From: Alphaproteobacteria bacterium
Lineage (GTDB): Bacteria; Pseudomonadota; Alphaproteobacteria; Rs-D84; CACZYB01
Assembly (NCBI GenBank): GCA_009785175.1
Contig: WQWV01000001.1
Coordinates: forward strand, 1 to 58,962
Direction of reading: 5' to 3'
DNA length: 58,962 nucleotides
Below the pieces are notes generated by a model that worked only from the letters and a program-made list of their open reading frames with translations, was not told the origin of the DNA and made no database searches. This document shows, one piece after another, positions 42,711-52,593 of this stretch. The position numbers and the translations under genes were made by a program. Each line of letters starts with the position of its first letter. Position 1 is the stretch's first letter.

Positions 42711-43205
42711 ATGAAGATGTCGGATAAAAAATCTATGGGTCGCAGCGCCAACCTTAGGAACGCAAAGGCCTTGGGTGCGTTCGCCGAAAACTGGCTCAAG
42801 GAGCACAACTCGATACGACCAAGCGGACTTATACAAATCGAGGAGAAGGTCGTGCGCGAAAACCGTCCCATGACCCCGGACGAAAAGAAACTTGATAAGC
42901 TCGAGCACGAAGTCGCACGGCTCAAAGGCAGGCTTGATTCCGCCAGGCGTCGGGAGAATATCGCCAAACTTCAACTTGAAAACGCACGCACCCAAATCGC
43001 CAAAACCAAAGCCGACACAGCCCTTACCATAGCCGAAAGGGAAGTGCGCGCCATCGATTCGGAAGTCCGCAATGCACAAAACGCCGTGTGGGATTTCAAA
43101 TACGGGCTCGAGGAAAAAAGGCGCAATGAAATCGAGGAAACGAAAAAGAAGCTTGCCGCCGAAACAACCAAAGCTCCTACCGTCAAAACCGCCAAGGTGA
43201 AATAG
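42711..43205 (+). CDS. hypothetical coiled-coil protein
   Basis: 164 aa from ATG 42711, highly charged with heptad-like repeats. No family recognised. The ORF-track TTG start at 42675 is the -35 box. Confidence 0.5.
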   Translation: MKMSDKKSMGRSANLRNAKALGAFAENWLKEHNSIRPSGLIQIEEKVVRENRPMTPDEKKLDKLEHEVARLKGRLDSARRRENIAKLQLENARTQIAKTKADTALTIAEREVRAIDSEVRNAQNAVWDFKYGLEEKRRNEIEETKKKLAAETTKAPTVKTAKVK

Positions 43206-43457
43206 TCCTCCACCTCTCCCCCCTCATTCCCCGACTCGACCGGGAACTCCCTCGCGAGCCCTTGCGCGAGCTCGCCCACACAAACGCCAACTGCTCTTGG
43301 CGTTTTGGGGCAAGATTCTTATATATAGTTTTAAGGGGGGAGGGAGCGCTTTGCGCTTAGCTACAAATCTATTCCCATGGAACCTCGCTCTCGTTGCCTC
43401 GAGCTGTCCATAGGTATAGATTTGGGGTTATGCTTGATCGGATACCGCTCTCTCTCC

Positions 43458-43576
43458 GCCATACCGCGCCCCCTCTCATGTCATACCGCGCCCCATTTCT
43501 TTCGTCATACCGCGCCCCATTTCTTTCGTCATACCATTCCCCCTTCCTTCGTCATACCGGGCTTGACCCGGTATCC
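43458..43576. repeat. tandem array of five 22-26-nt units based on GTCATACCG
   Basis: Units: gccataccgcgccccctctcat, then gtcataccgcgccccatttctttc twice, then gtcataccattcccccttccttc, then gtcataccgggcttgacccggtatcc. Confidence 0.85.
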
Positions 43577-43613
43577 AGTATAGTATATAATTGAATAGAC
43601 TTTGGAGGGTATC

Positions 43614-44339
43614 ATGAAACGCATACTTATTCTTTTGACGGCGATAAGCCTTGGCGCCTGCCAAATGCCGGAACGCGGGGCCGAGATGGGCACAGGCACG
43701 GGCACGGGCGACCTGCCGCACACCTTCGCGGAATTCCAAGATATTCCGATACCCGAACGCGCGCGCATGCTCCTCGACCACACGGCGATTTACGGCCGCT
43801 CGAACGAGTGGGTCGGCAAGATCACCTATACCGTCCCCTTCGGCGTGTCCGGCGTGTATGATTTTTACATAAGCGAGATGCCCCGTTTCGGTTGGGACGA
43901 AATAACGTCCATCCGCGGCTCGCACTCCGCCATGACGTTCATACAGGGCCGCCGCGTCGCGATGATTCAAATTTCGGCGTCAAGCGCAAGCGGCACGATC
44001 GTCGTAATAAACATGTCGCCTCTTCCGCCCAAGGTCAGTGTGATCACCACGCCCGGTCAGTCCCGCGCACCGAACCAGCCGATGTCCGCCGTCCCTACGA
44101 CCCTTGCCCCGGCAAGCGCAACCTTTCCGACCGTAGGCTCGGCTCCGGCATCGCGACTTTCGCCGACTCCTGACGAAGCGACCGCCGCTATGGGAGTGGG
44201 CCCCGGCACAGTATACGGCAATGTGAACACGGACGCGGACGCACATAGGGTCGCGCCCGGAGCGCTTGGCCTTGGCGACGCAAGCAACATGAACTTCCCC
44301 TCGGCCTCGCGCGGAGTCGGCGCCCCGCCCGTATTTTAA
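43614..44339 (+). CDS. hypothetical lipoprotein
   Basis: ATG 43614 after GGAGGG, with lipobox ISLGAC and a Pro/Ala/Ser-rich C-terminal half. Confidence 0.6.
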   Translation: MKRILILLTAISLGACQMPERGAEMGTGTGTGDLPHTFAEFQDIPIPERARMLLDHTAIYGRSNEWVGKITYTVPFGVSGVYDFYISEMPRFGWDEITSIRGSHSAMTFIQGRRVAMIQISASSASGTIVVINMSPLPPKVSVITTPGQSRAPNQPMSAVPTTLAPASATFPTVGSAPASRLSPTPDEATAAMGVGPGTVYGNVNTDADAHRVAPGALGLGDASNMNFPSASRGVGAPPVF

Positions 44340-44710
44340 TGCAGAACAACTATAGCCTTGGCGAACGCTGCGAACGACCTTGGGGAACCTGGGCCGTAAT
44401 AGACAAGGGCCAGGGATTCATAGTAAAACGTTTCGAGGTCAATCCCGGTCAAAGGCTTTCCCTTCAATATCACAATCATCGGCAAGAGGTCTGGGCGGTT
44501 GCAAGCGGCGTGGGCGAGGTCCAAGTCGGCAACGACACGCGGACCGTCGGCTCGGGCGATACCATAATGATCCCGATGAAATCCCTTCACAGAATAACCA
44601 ATATAGGCAAGGAAGTTTTGACCATCGTTGAAACCCAGATCGGCGACAATCTTGACGAGGCGGACATCGTGCGGCTCGAGGACGACTACGCCCGCGCGGA
44701 GGCTAAATGA
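44339..44710 (+). CDS. cupin-domain protein, type II mannose-6-phosphate isomerase-like
   Basis: 123 aa with RPWGTW...V.PGQRLSLQYHNHRQEVW...H.I.N...L..VE.Q.G, as in the PMI cupin domain. Confidence 0.7.
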   Translation: MQNNYSLGERCERPWGTWAVIDKGQGFIVKRFEVNPGQRLSLQYHNHRQEVWAVASGVGEVQVGNDTRTVGSGDTIMIPMKSLHRITNIGKEVLTIVETQIGDNLDEADIVRLEDDYARAEAK

Positions 44711-45594
44711 CCTGGGCGTATGTAGCCGCTATACTTGCTCCGTTGGTATACGGTTTCGGAAACATAGTCGATGAAAAGATCTCCCGTTCGATCGCGCGCG
44801 GCTCGACGATCACGTTTTATGTCACCATTACGAATTTGGTTTTCACCCCTGTGCTTTTCATATTCTATCCGTTCCAGGTTCCGCCGATGGATATATTACT
44901 GCTTTGCGCGGCGGCGGGTATTTCGTTCACTCTTATGGTGTTCCCGTATTTTTTGGCGTTCAAGTATTTGGATACTTCTGTGATAGCGGCGCTGGGCTCT
45001 CTCTCTTTAATCTTCGCTCCGATACTTGCGTTTTTTGTAATCGGCGAAGTCATGGCACCGACGCAGTATTTGGGTCTTGCGGTAATACTTGTCGCAACAG
45101 TTTTGTTGAATTTGAAAAAAGGCGTGAATTTTGGTATCAACGCCGGCCTGTGGCTGATGGCGCTTGTGCATCTTTTGTGGACGATAAGCGAAGTGGGCAA
45201 AAAGGCGGCCCTGGCCGAAGTCAATCTTGCGTCCGTATACTTCTTCGCTATGCTTGCGTCCGTGATTTTTATAAGCCTTATTCTTTTCTCCAAACGCGAG
45301 CGGGTCGAGATAAGGGCGGCCTGGCCTACATTTTATTCCAAGATGTCCCTCTTCGCGCTTGGCGAGGTTTTACAGATGGTCTCGATGGCGCTTGGCATGT
45401 TCGCGATGATATACCTCCAGCTAAGCGTTGTCGTGGGACTTCACCGGCTCCAGCCGTTCTTCACGCTCCTGATCGGCGCGATTGTGCTTTGGGCGACGGG
45501 AAAAACCGCGAACGAAGCGCTTGATCGCAACTCGGTCGCAAAGAAGCTCGCCTGCTTCGCGCTGATGGTCCTGGGCGCTGTGATGTTGACATAG
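44707..45594 (+). CDS. EamA/DMT superfamily transporter
   Basis: 295 aa with about 10 TM helices in two repeated halves. 4-nt overlap with the cupin gene. Confidence 0.7.
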   Translation: MTWAYVAAILAPLVYGFGNIVDEKISRSIARGSTITFYVTITNLVFTPVLFIFYPFQVPPMDILLLCAAAGISFTLMVFPYFLAFKYLDTSVIAALGSLSLIFAPILAFFVIGEVMAPTQYLGLAVILVATVLLNLKKGVNFGINAGLWLMALVHLLWTISEVGKKAALAEVNLASVYFFAMLASVIFISLILFSKRERVEIRAAWPTFYSKMSLFALGEVLQMVSMALGMFAMIYLQLSVVVGLHRLQPFFTLLIGAIVLWATGKTANEALDRNSVAKKLACFALMVLGAVMLT

Positions 45595-45602
45595 ATTAAA
45601 CC

Positions 45603-45727
45603 AAACCTCGTCAAATTCGATCGATTACGAAAGTTTGGAGAATAAAATAAAAAGCAGAATGGACTTTATGATCCATGCTTTTTAATTTTATTTGAAAACT
45701 GAGTAGGCGCCGAATTTGACGAGGTTT
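45603..45727. repeat. nested-palindrome intergenic element, copy D
   Basis: Perfect 17-nt arms AAACCTCGTCAAATTCG / CGAATTTGACGAGGTTT with inner stem AAAATAAAAAGCA / TGCTTTTTAATTTT. It abuts the stop of the 45726 gene. Confidence 0.75.
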
Positions 45728-46106
45728 ACTTCTTATCGCTACATTTGGTATAAGGCGCGGCCAGCTTCGGCACGATCCAGGGATTTTTCAATAAAAACTC
45801 GGTAGTGCTCACCTCGCGCCGCGTGTCGAACATGTATTTGTTGACAGTTTTCCACTGCTCGGGCGTAAGGTTTGCGACGACAGCGTTTGCGACGCACTCG
45901 CAAATTCCGTCGGTGGTGGGCGTGGTGCATTTATCGATAAGCCGCCTTACCTGCTCCTCGGGACTGACTGCTGCGACAACTTTACTGGCCGCCGCGCTTG
46001 CAGCTTCGCGCGCCTTGTCGTTCTGAAGTATTCCCGAAAGGGATATCGCCCCGGCCGAAACGCCGAATCCGCAAAATGCCGCGGCTATTAAAATTTTAAT
46101 TTTCAT
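45726..46106 (-). CDS. hypothetical secreted protein
   Basis: 126 aa from ATG 46106 (SD AAGGAGG) with signal peptide [20 protein letters not shown]. Confidence 0.5.
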   Translation of the reverse strand: MKIKILIAAAFCGFGVSAGAISLSGILQNDKAREAASAAASKVVAAVSPEEQVRRLIDKCTTPTTDGICECVANAVVANLTPEQWKTVNKYMFDTRREVSTTEFLLKNPWIVPKLAAPYTKCSDKK

Positions 46107-46215
46107 GAACGCCTCCTTGGATTTAATCTCCATCTTTTTTATACTCAAGTCAACAAATTTTATAATAGACAACTGCAAAATCTCCGTGTTATATTTTTCC
46201 CAAAGGAAAACTGAT

Positions 46216-47331
46216 ATGATAATAGGCATCCCCAAAGAGGTAAAGAACAACGAAAACCGCGTCGCGATCACGCCTGCGGGAACGTCCATGCTTGTATCGG
46301 CGGGGCACGCGGTTTATATCGAAACCGATGCCGGAGCCAACAGCGGTTTCTTAAACGACGATTACATTTCCGCCGGCGCCGAGATACTGGACACCGCCAA
46401 AGAAGTCTGGGAAAAATCGGAACTGATCATGAAGGTGAAAGAGCCCGTCGATTCCGAATACAAATTCTTCCGCCGCGACCTGACGCTTTTCACATATCTT
46501 CACCTTGCCTCGGCGCCAGAACTTACCAAAACGCTGAAGGATTCCGGCATGACGGCCATAGCCTATGAAACGGTTCAATCCGGCGCCACGCTTCCGCTTC
46601 TAACTCCGATGAGCGAGGTCGCTGGCCGCATGTCGGTGCAAATCGGCGCGCACTTTTTGGAAAAGCACTGTGGCGGCAAAGGCGTTCTGCTAAGCGGCGT
46701 TCCCGGAGTGAAAAAGGCCAAGGTGCTTATCATCGGCGGCGGAGTCGTGGGCAAGAACGCGGCCAAGATCGCTGCGGGCCAGGGCGCGGACGTCGTTATC
46801 GTCGACATCAGTATGGATAGGCTCCGCGACCTTGACGACATATTCGGACATAGGGTTAAAACGGTGATCTCCAATCCATATAACATCGCCGATAATATAA
46901 AGAACGCCGACCTTGTCATCGGAGCGGTGTTGATCCCCGGGGCCAAGGCTCCCAAACTCGTCAGCCGCGAGATGGTAAAGACTATGCAGCCCGGCTCGGT
47001 CATAGTCGATGTTGCGATCGACCAGGGCGGGTGTATCGAAACAAGCGACCATACGACCACGCACGACAACCCGATATACCTTGTCGACCAAGTGCTGCAT
47101 TACGCGGTCGCCAATATGCCCGGCGCGGTCGCGAAAACATCTACGCTTGCGCTCACCAACGCCACTCTTCCCTATGCGCTCGAGATCGCGAACAAGGGCG
47201 TGAGAAAAGCGATACTGGAAAATCCGGCGTTAAAACTCGGTGTGAATACGGCGTGCGGAAAAATCACTTACAAAGCCGTCGCCAAAGATCACGGCTACGA
47301 ATATACCACCGTCGAAGAAGCGCTGGCCTAG
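46216..47331 (+). CDS. ald: alanine dehydrogenase
   Basis: 371 aa from ATG 46216 with [22 protein letters not shown] and the Rossmann motif IIGGGVVG. Confidence 0.92.
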   Translation: MIIGIPKEVKNNENRVAITPAGTSMLVSAGHAVYIETDAGANSGFLNDDYISAGAEILDTAKEVWEKSELIMKVKEPVDSEYKFFRRDLTLFTYLHLASAPELTKTLKDSGMTAIAYETVQSGATLPLLTPMSEVAGRMSVQIGAHFLEKHCGGKGVLLSGVPGVKKAKVLIIGGGVVGKNAAKIAAGQGADVVIVDISMDRLRDLDDIFGHRVKTVISNPYNIADNIKNADLVIGAVLIPGAKAPKLVSREMVKTMQPGSVIVDVAIDQGGCIETSDHTTTHDNPIYLVDQVLHYAVANMPGAVAKTSTLALTNATLPYALEIANKGVRKAILENPALKLGVNTACGKITYKAVAKDHGYEYTTVEEALA

Positions 47332-47401
47332 CCCGGTCGGAATACGTACCTATATCCTAAAACCGCCCTCTCGTGCATAATATATGCACATGGAGGGGAC
47401 A

Positions 47402-49633
47402 ATGAAATTCACCAAAATAAGTTTGGCGGCCTCCGCGCTTGCCTTGATCGCCACGTCTGCAAATGCCGATAGCAGGATATTGGTGGAATACGGCAATACC
47501 GAAACTGTGTCCTCGGGCATTTCCGGTATCGATTGGTCTGGGCCATATCCGAACGGCAACACCGGCGGCGCCATAGAGAATTACGGAACCGTAAATATTG
47601 CAAACGGCCTTACGTTCTCTGGCAACAAAGCGGGTTCCGGCGGCGCTGTTTACAGCAGTTCCGATAGCACCCAGGGTTATCCGCCTTCAACTACGTCTAT
47701 CGGCGATAATGTAATTTTTTCCCATAATGCCGCGACCGGGGATCCTAACGGCGGAGGGGGCGCGATATATATCATGGGCGTGAACACTCCGTCGTCTTTG
47801 ACCGTCGGCGCCAACGCCGAATTCACAGGCAACAGTTCCGACGAATGGGGCGGAGCATTTTATCTTCAGGACGTGATCGCCACCATCGGCGACGGAGCGA
47901 TATTTAATAATAACTCGGCCGGAAGACACGGCGGCGCGATATTCGCCTATAATTATTCCACCACAAGCGGCTCTGTGGCGATAGGAAGCAACGCTTCGTT
48001 CACGAACAATTCCGCATCTTCAAACGGCGGCGCGATCGCGAATTATTACAGCGAGTTTAATTTCTCTTCCGGCGCATCGTTTTCGGGCAACGGTGCGACG
48101 CTTAACGGCGGAGCCATATTTAACGCCTCGGGCTCGAGCATGACGTTCAACGGCGACGCGACGTTTTCGAACAATATGGCCGGCGGAGTATTGAACGATA
48201 TTTATAATGCCGGAACGCTGAACTTTTTGGGCGGCGGCACGATAACTCTTGACGGAGGCATCGCGGGCGCAAGCGGGAGTTCTATAACATTCGGCGATAA
48301 TACCACATTGAAAGCAAAGCTTATGATGACGCCAAGCATTTCCGCGGACACAATCACCATAGGCAGCGGCAGCACCATAAGCAACCTTGTCATAGGCGCG
48401 CACGTCAGCGGCAATAACCTAGAGCTATGGGAAATAGCTAACGCCACCGGAACATTCACCTACACCGGACCCGAAAGCAACCTACTTTATAATATAGCGC
48501 AAAACCCGGACGGCACGTTCAATGTGTCCCAAACGTCGTTGGATATTCCGGGCGCCACTTCGAACCAGCTTGCGGCGCTTACCGGCTTGATGAGCGGGAC
48601 CTCGGCGAACTCCGACTTCAATACTATCGCGCATAATATTTCCGCGCTTATACAATCCGACAATCAGCTTGAAGTTGCGGCCGGCCTTGCCGCGGCACAG
48701 GCGCTTGCCCCGCCGTCTGCTCCCCAGGCGCAGTCCGTGTCCACGCAAACCTCGGCCCAGGTGTTCGACGCCGTGGGAGCTCGCTTCTCTGGCGGAAGCG
48801 TTTCTGCTATGGGACAGTCTTCGGGCGATTTGGATGTCGGCGGCGGAGCCTTTTGGGCACAGGGCTTGACGAACAAAGCGAAACTTACCGGCGACGACGG
48901 ATTCACATCCGACTCGAACGGCTTCGCGTTGGGTATAGAAACGAACATGACCTCTTCTACGAAGCTAGGTATAGGATATGCGTATACGCATTCTAAAGTA
49001 AAACCTTATACAGATTCCAAGGCTGTCCCGCACATAGGCGAAACCAAGATACAATCGAACACAGCGCTGCTCTATGGCGAATACAGACCTACGGATTGGT
49101 TCTTGAATGTTGTGGCCAGCTATACCTTCGGCGATTATTCCAGCAGGAAGAACATAGCCGGCGTGCATGTATCAGGCGATTATAATACTAATACTTTGGC
49201 CGCTCAGGCTTTGACAGGTTATGAATTCCGCGGCCGCAATTTAAGCACGACTCCACAGGCGGGATTGCGCTATATAAATGTCCAGCAAGAGGGATACACC
49301 GATTCCACCGGCTCGTATACGAATGAAATGAATTCCGATTACCTGACCGGCATAGCGGGCCTTAAGCTATCATACGGTTCAAGAATCATGCCCGAGCTTT
49401 ATCTTGGCGCGACATACGACATGATAACAAGCGATGCGAACGCAAGCATGGTAATGGCTAACGGAGCGGTGGTGAATGTCGCCGGAAGCGCTCTGCCACG
49501 CGCTGCGGTCGAGGCTGGCGCCGGGATCACCCTATCTTACGACGTTGTTGATTTGACGATAGGATACATGGGCCGTTTCCGCGAAAACTATACGGACAAC
49601 ACGGGCTTGCTTTCGTTCAAGTATAAATTTTGA
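47402..49633 (+). CDS. autotransporter outer-membrane protein with Pmp-type GGA[IVF] passenger repeats
   Basis: Signal peptide, at least seven GGAI/GGAV/GGAF repeats spaced through the passenger, and a C-terminal beta-barrel ending LSFKYKF. Confidence 0.8.
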   Translation: MKFTKISLAASALALIATSANADSRILVEYGNTETVSSGISGIDWSGPYPNGNTGGAIENYGTVNIANGLTFSGNKAGSGGAVYSSSDSTQGYPPSTTSIGDNVIFSHNAATGDPNGGGGAIYIMGVNTPSSLTVGANAEFTGNSSDEWGGAFYLQDVIATIGDGAIFNNNSAGRHGGAIFAYNYSTTSGSVAIGSNASFTNNSASSNGGAIANYYSEFNFSSGASFSGNGATLNGGAIFNASGSSMTFNGDATFSNNMAGGVLNDIYNAGTLNFLGGGTITLDGGIAGASGSSITFGDNTTLKAKLMMTPSISADTITIGSGSTISNLVIGAHVSGNNLELWEIANATGTFTYTGPESNLLYNIAQNPDGTFNVSQTSLDIPGATSNQLAALTGLMSGTSANSDFNTIAHNISALIQSDNQLEVAAGLAAAQALAPPSAPQAQSVSTQTSAQVFDAVGARFSGGSVSAMGQSSGDLDVGGGAFWAQGLTNKAKLTGDDGFTSDSNGFALGIETNMTSSTKLGIGYAYTHSKVKPYTDSKAVPHIGETKIQSNTALLYGEYRPTDWFLNVVASYTFGDYSSRKNIAGVHVSGDYNTNTLAAQALTGYEFRGRNLSTTPQAGLRYINVQQEGYTDSTGSYTNEMNSDYLTGIAGLKLSYGSRIMPELYLGATYDMITSDANASMVMANGAVVNVAGSALPRAAVEAGAGITLSYDVVDLTIGYMGRFRENYTDNTGLLSFKYKF

Positions 49634-50379
49634 GAAGAATATTATATTTGATTTTCCTGGCCTCGTGCGCGGGTATGGTCGAACCCCCGGATTCCTATAC
49701 GCGGCATGATGTCAAGACGACTGCGTTCACCCTTATGACGTATCAGAAAATAACCGACCGGCAAGGCGCGGTCAAAGTTTATATCGAAGGCGACGGCCGC
49801 GCTTTCGACGGGCGTGGGCGACCTACCGACGATCCCACACCAAGAAATGATTTTATGCGGATGCTAGCTTTTAAGGACACATCTAAAAACGTGGTCTATC
49901 TTGGGCGGCCCTGTCAGTATGTGAACGATGAAATGTGCAGGCAAAGCGATTGGACGACTGCGCGGTTCTCGGACGGGGCTGTGCGCGACTCGGCAGAGGC
50001 CATAATGCGTATTGCCGAGGGGAGAGAGGTGATACTGGTCGGCTTTTCCGGCGGCGCGCAAATAGCTGGATTGGTGGCCGTGCGCCATCCCGAAACCAAC
50101 GTGAAAAAATTGATTACGATTTCGGGCAATCTTGATCACGCCGGATGGACGAGTGGAAAAAATTTCGCCCCTCTGAATGAATCCCTGGATTTGAGTTCGT
50201 ATAGAAAAGAATATCTTGAAATTCCACAAATACATTACGTCGGGGGAAAGGATACGGTTATTCCGATAAACTTGACGGCCGGGTTCCTTGGCGCCGTTGC
50301 GCCGATCGTGATAATCCCTAACGCCGGCCACGGCACGGGATTCGAGGACATATATCACGATATATGGGATGAAATATAG
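49630..50379 (+). CDS. alpha/beta-hydrolase fold lipoprotein
   Basis: TTG start overlapping the autotransporter stop. Has lipobox FLASC, nucleophile elbow GFSGG and a late NAGHG. Confidence 0.6.
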   Translation: MRRILYLIFLASCAGMVEPPDSYTRHDVKTTAFTLMTYQKITDRQGAVKVYIEGDGRAFDGRGRPTDDPTPRNDFMRMLAFKDTSKNVVYLGRPCQYVNDEMCRQSDWTTARFSDGAVRDSAEAIMRIAEGREVILVGFSGGAQIAGLVAVRHPETNVKKLITISGNLDHAGWTSGKNFAPLNESLDLSSYRKEYLEIPQIHYVGGKDTVIPINLTAGFLGAVAPIVIIPNAGHGTGFEDIYHDIWDEI

Positions 50380-50410
50380 CCTGGGTTTTTCTATGACCCG
50401 CGCTGTATTT

Positions 50411-52057
50411 CTATACCGTGAATATTTCTGCGGCTATCTTCGCCAGCTTTTTCGACCGCGCATTCACGGCGTCTTCGTCCCACTTTGCGGCGTTTATGTT
50501 CTTGACGATTTTCCTAGGATGCTTACTGTAAAACTTCAATTTTTCCTGATACGTTTTTTTTGACAGTTCCTTATTGTCATTAGCAGTTAAAAGCGTTTGA
50601 TTTCCGATTCTGTTGACAAAGTTCTCTTTCAAAGACTTGTCGCTTATATGCTCTACTGTTTCCCTATCATAATCCACATTTGTGCGCGGCGATATACGCT
50701 CTTCTATTTTTGCAAGTATATAGCGATCTATTGGCTCGGCTGTAAAGTTTTTCGAAATAAACTTTGCTATGAACTCATCGTCTGATACATAAAGCCCGTC
50801 CCTTTTAAGATCAGCCACGATGGCTTTTACATCTTTATATTTGCTTTTGAAAATTTTATTAGCAACATCGTTGTATATAGCTTCCTGGCGGTTTGCCTGC
50901 CCCTGGCTGATATAGTTATAACGTATAGCTATTACCAGAAGCGCTCTGAGTATTTTTTTAATCGGATACTTCGATTTTTGTCGCATCGCGGACAAAAGCA
51001 CCATGTAATACTGCTTTATCCGGGGAATATATGTCAACAGCTTCAAAAGCTCTTGCGTTTCCTTGTCTTCCTTCCACTCGTGGTTTTTTATTATTTTATA
51101 AAATTCCGATGATGTTTTGAGCTCTGCCACATACTTGAAAGCGCTTCTTACATCGTTTGTTTTCGAAGCGATTTCCCGATACGCCCTCTTTTCGGATATT
51201 TTCGGATTTCGGCTGTTCCAATCCAAGGATATGAAGGAAGCCATCCTTTCACCTTCTATGTTTTGAACTATTTTGCCAAGATCGGAAAGCATGCTTTCCT
51301 CGTTTTTAACCCCTGCCTTCGACAAAAGATGGTTCTTCAAAAGATCGTATGCTGTCAACTCCACCGACCGTGAATTCAGGGTTTCGAACAGAAGATACGC
51401 GTTTTCTCCCTCGTTGACCATTATCACGGTAAAGATCAGCTTGTCCGCGATATTCTTGTTGATAAAGTCTATTATTTTTTTATTGTCCGCGTTTGCGATA
51501 TGACCCTTGATCTTTTCATAAAAATACTTCAACGCTTTTTGCATAATGCGATTCGTAGCCAATCCGTCCGCAGGCGATTTTATTGCGGATAATTTCTTGT
51601 GCGCGTCTATGTTGCACATACTGGAAAAGTATTCTTTGTTGTTTATGTTCAGCACCAGTTTGTTGTAATACTTAAGGTCGTCCCCTTCGGTTCCGATATA
51701 TTTGTTCAACAGTTTCTCAAGTTGTTTCTCGGCATCGTTCTTTGGCTGCCCTGCCGACATAGAATCTATGTATTCCTTCATAATATACAATGCGGCAAGT
51801 ATTATAATTGTAAGGGTGGTCATCCTCTGCTGTCCGTCGATGATACTTACATCTTTGCCATATTCCTGTAGGACCAGGATTCCTACATAATGGTTTTCTT
51901 GTTGTGAAACTATATCCTCCCACAATAGATCCCACTCGCCTATTTCTGTATTATCCCACGAGTAGTCGCGCTGATACTTGGGAACGAAATACTTTTTGCT
52001 GTTGTCTATGATGTCCATGAACGACGAAGTCGACGGACTAAAACTATCTTTTCTCAT
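50411..52057 (-). CDS. DUF262 + DUF1524 protein (GmrSD-like type IV restriction / ParB-nuclease + HNH-like)
   Basis: N-terminal YQRDYSW and DGQQR motifs of DUF262, and a C-terminal VEHISDKS...NRIGNQTLL...N of DUF1524. The coding sequence is AT-rich. Confidence 0.75.
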   Translation of the reverse strand: MRKDSFSPSTSSFMDIIDNSKKYFVPKYQRDYSWDNTEIGEWDLLWEDIVSQQENHYVGILVLQEYGKDVSIIDGQQRMTTLTIIILAALYIMKEYIDSMSAGQPKNDAEKQLEKLLNKYIGTEGDDLKYYNKLVLNINNKEYFSSMCNIDAHKKLSAIKSPADGLATNRIMQKALKYFYEKIKGHIANADNKKIIDFINKNIADKLIFTVIMVNEGENAYLLFETLNSRSVELTAYDLLKNHLLSKAGVKNEESMLSDLGKIVQNIEGERMASFISLDWNSRNPKISEKRAYREIASKTNDVRSAFKYVAELKTSSEFYKIIKNHEWKEDKETQELLKLLTYIPRIKQYYMVLLSAMRQKSKYPIKKILRALLVIAIRYNYISQGQANRQEAIYNDVANKIFKSKYKDVKAIVADLKRDGLYVSDDEFIAKFISKNFTAEPIDRYILAKIEERISPRTNVDYDRETVEHISDKSLKENFVNRIGNQTLLTANDNKELSKKTYQEKLKFYSKHPRKIVKNINAAKWDEDAVNARSKKLAKIAAEIFTV

Positions 52058-52080
52058 GATGCTTGCCTTTATTCCAATCG

Positions 52081-52593
52081 TTATTCTATGGGTTTTATGA
52101 TCCCTTCTCTTAATAGTGCGTCCTCAAGATATTCTCCTGGTTCGAGTATGATTTTTTTATTCGGCTCGGCCAGCATTTCCCGCGCGTCCTTCTCAAGGTT
52201 TTCCTCTATTCGTTTAAGGAAGGCGTCGTTGTTTCCACGCAGCAAGGCGCGCCGCTTGTATTCCTCTTTGGACGCCGGATTTGGAACGGCAAGGATGCAA
52301 TCTATGCCACGCTCGCGCAACAGGTCGTAAATGATTTTGCCTGGCGCCACCAACACAACCGGATATTGTTCCCCAGCTGCAATAACTGCATCTGCATAGT
52401 TTCCTGGCCACGCCGGGTTGATTTCCCGAACCGTTGATTTAAGGGATTCCGAGGACATATTCTTTTGCTCGTCGGTCAGAAGGTATTTGTAATCTCCGCT
52501 AAGCACTTCGACTACATCGGGATATTTTTTTACGATATGCGTCTTACCGGCGCAAATCCAGGCACTGATAACGTATGGTTTCTTCTGGGTCAT
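52081..52593 (-). CDS. small P-loop NTPase/kinase-like protein
   Basis: 170 aa with Walker A AWICAGKT near the N-terminus. No further family assignment. Confidence 0.5.
   Translation of the reverse strand: MTQKKPYVISAWICAGKTHIVKKYPDVVEVLSGDYKYLLTDEQKNMSSESLKSTVREINPAWPGNYADAVIAAGEQYPVVLVAPGKIIYDLLRERGIDCILAVPNPASKEEYKRRALLRGNNDAFLKRIEENLEKDAREMLAEPNKKIILEPGEYLEDALLREGIIKPIE

Noticed and set aside
43458-43576. Possible CRISPR array
   Set aside because: The units are contiguous with no spacers, are degenerate, and have no cas genes nearby. This is a tandem repeat, not a CRISPR array.
43476-43970. 164-aa minus-strand ORF and the 66-68-aa plus-strand ORFs over the repeat array
   Set aside because: They translate the tandem repeat units (HTAPHFFRHTAPHFFR-type text) or run antisense to a well-formed lipoprotein gene with its own SD and lipobox. 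They are most likely spurious.
50380-50411. Direct repeat of the tRNA-Ser 3' end marking the far island boundary (attL/attR)
   Set aside because: I looked by eye for GATTCGAACCC-type sequence near 50380-50410 and found none. The island boundary therefore rests on composition only.
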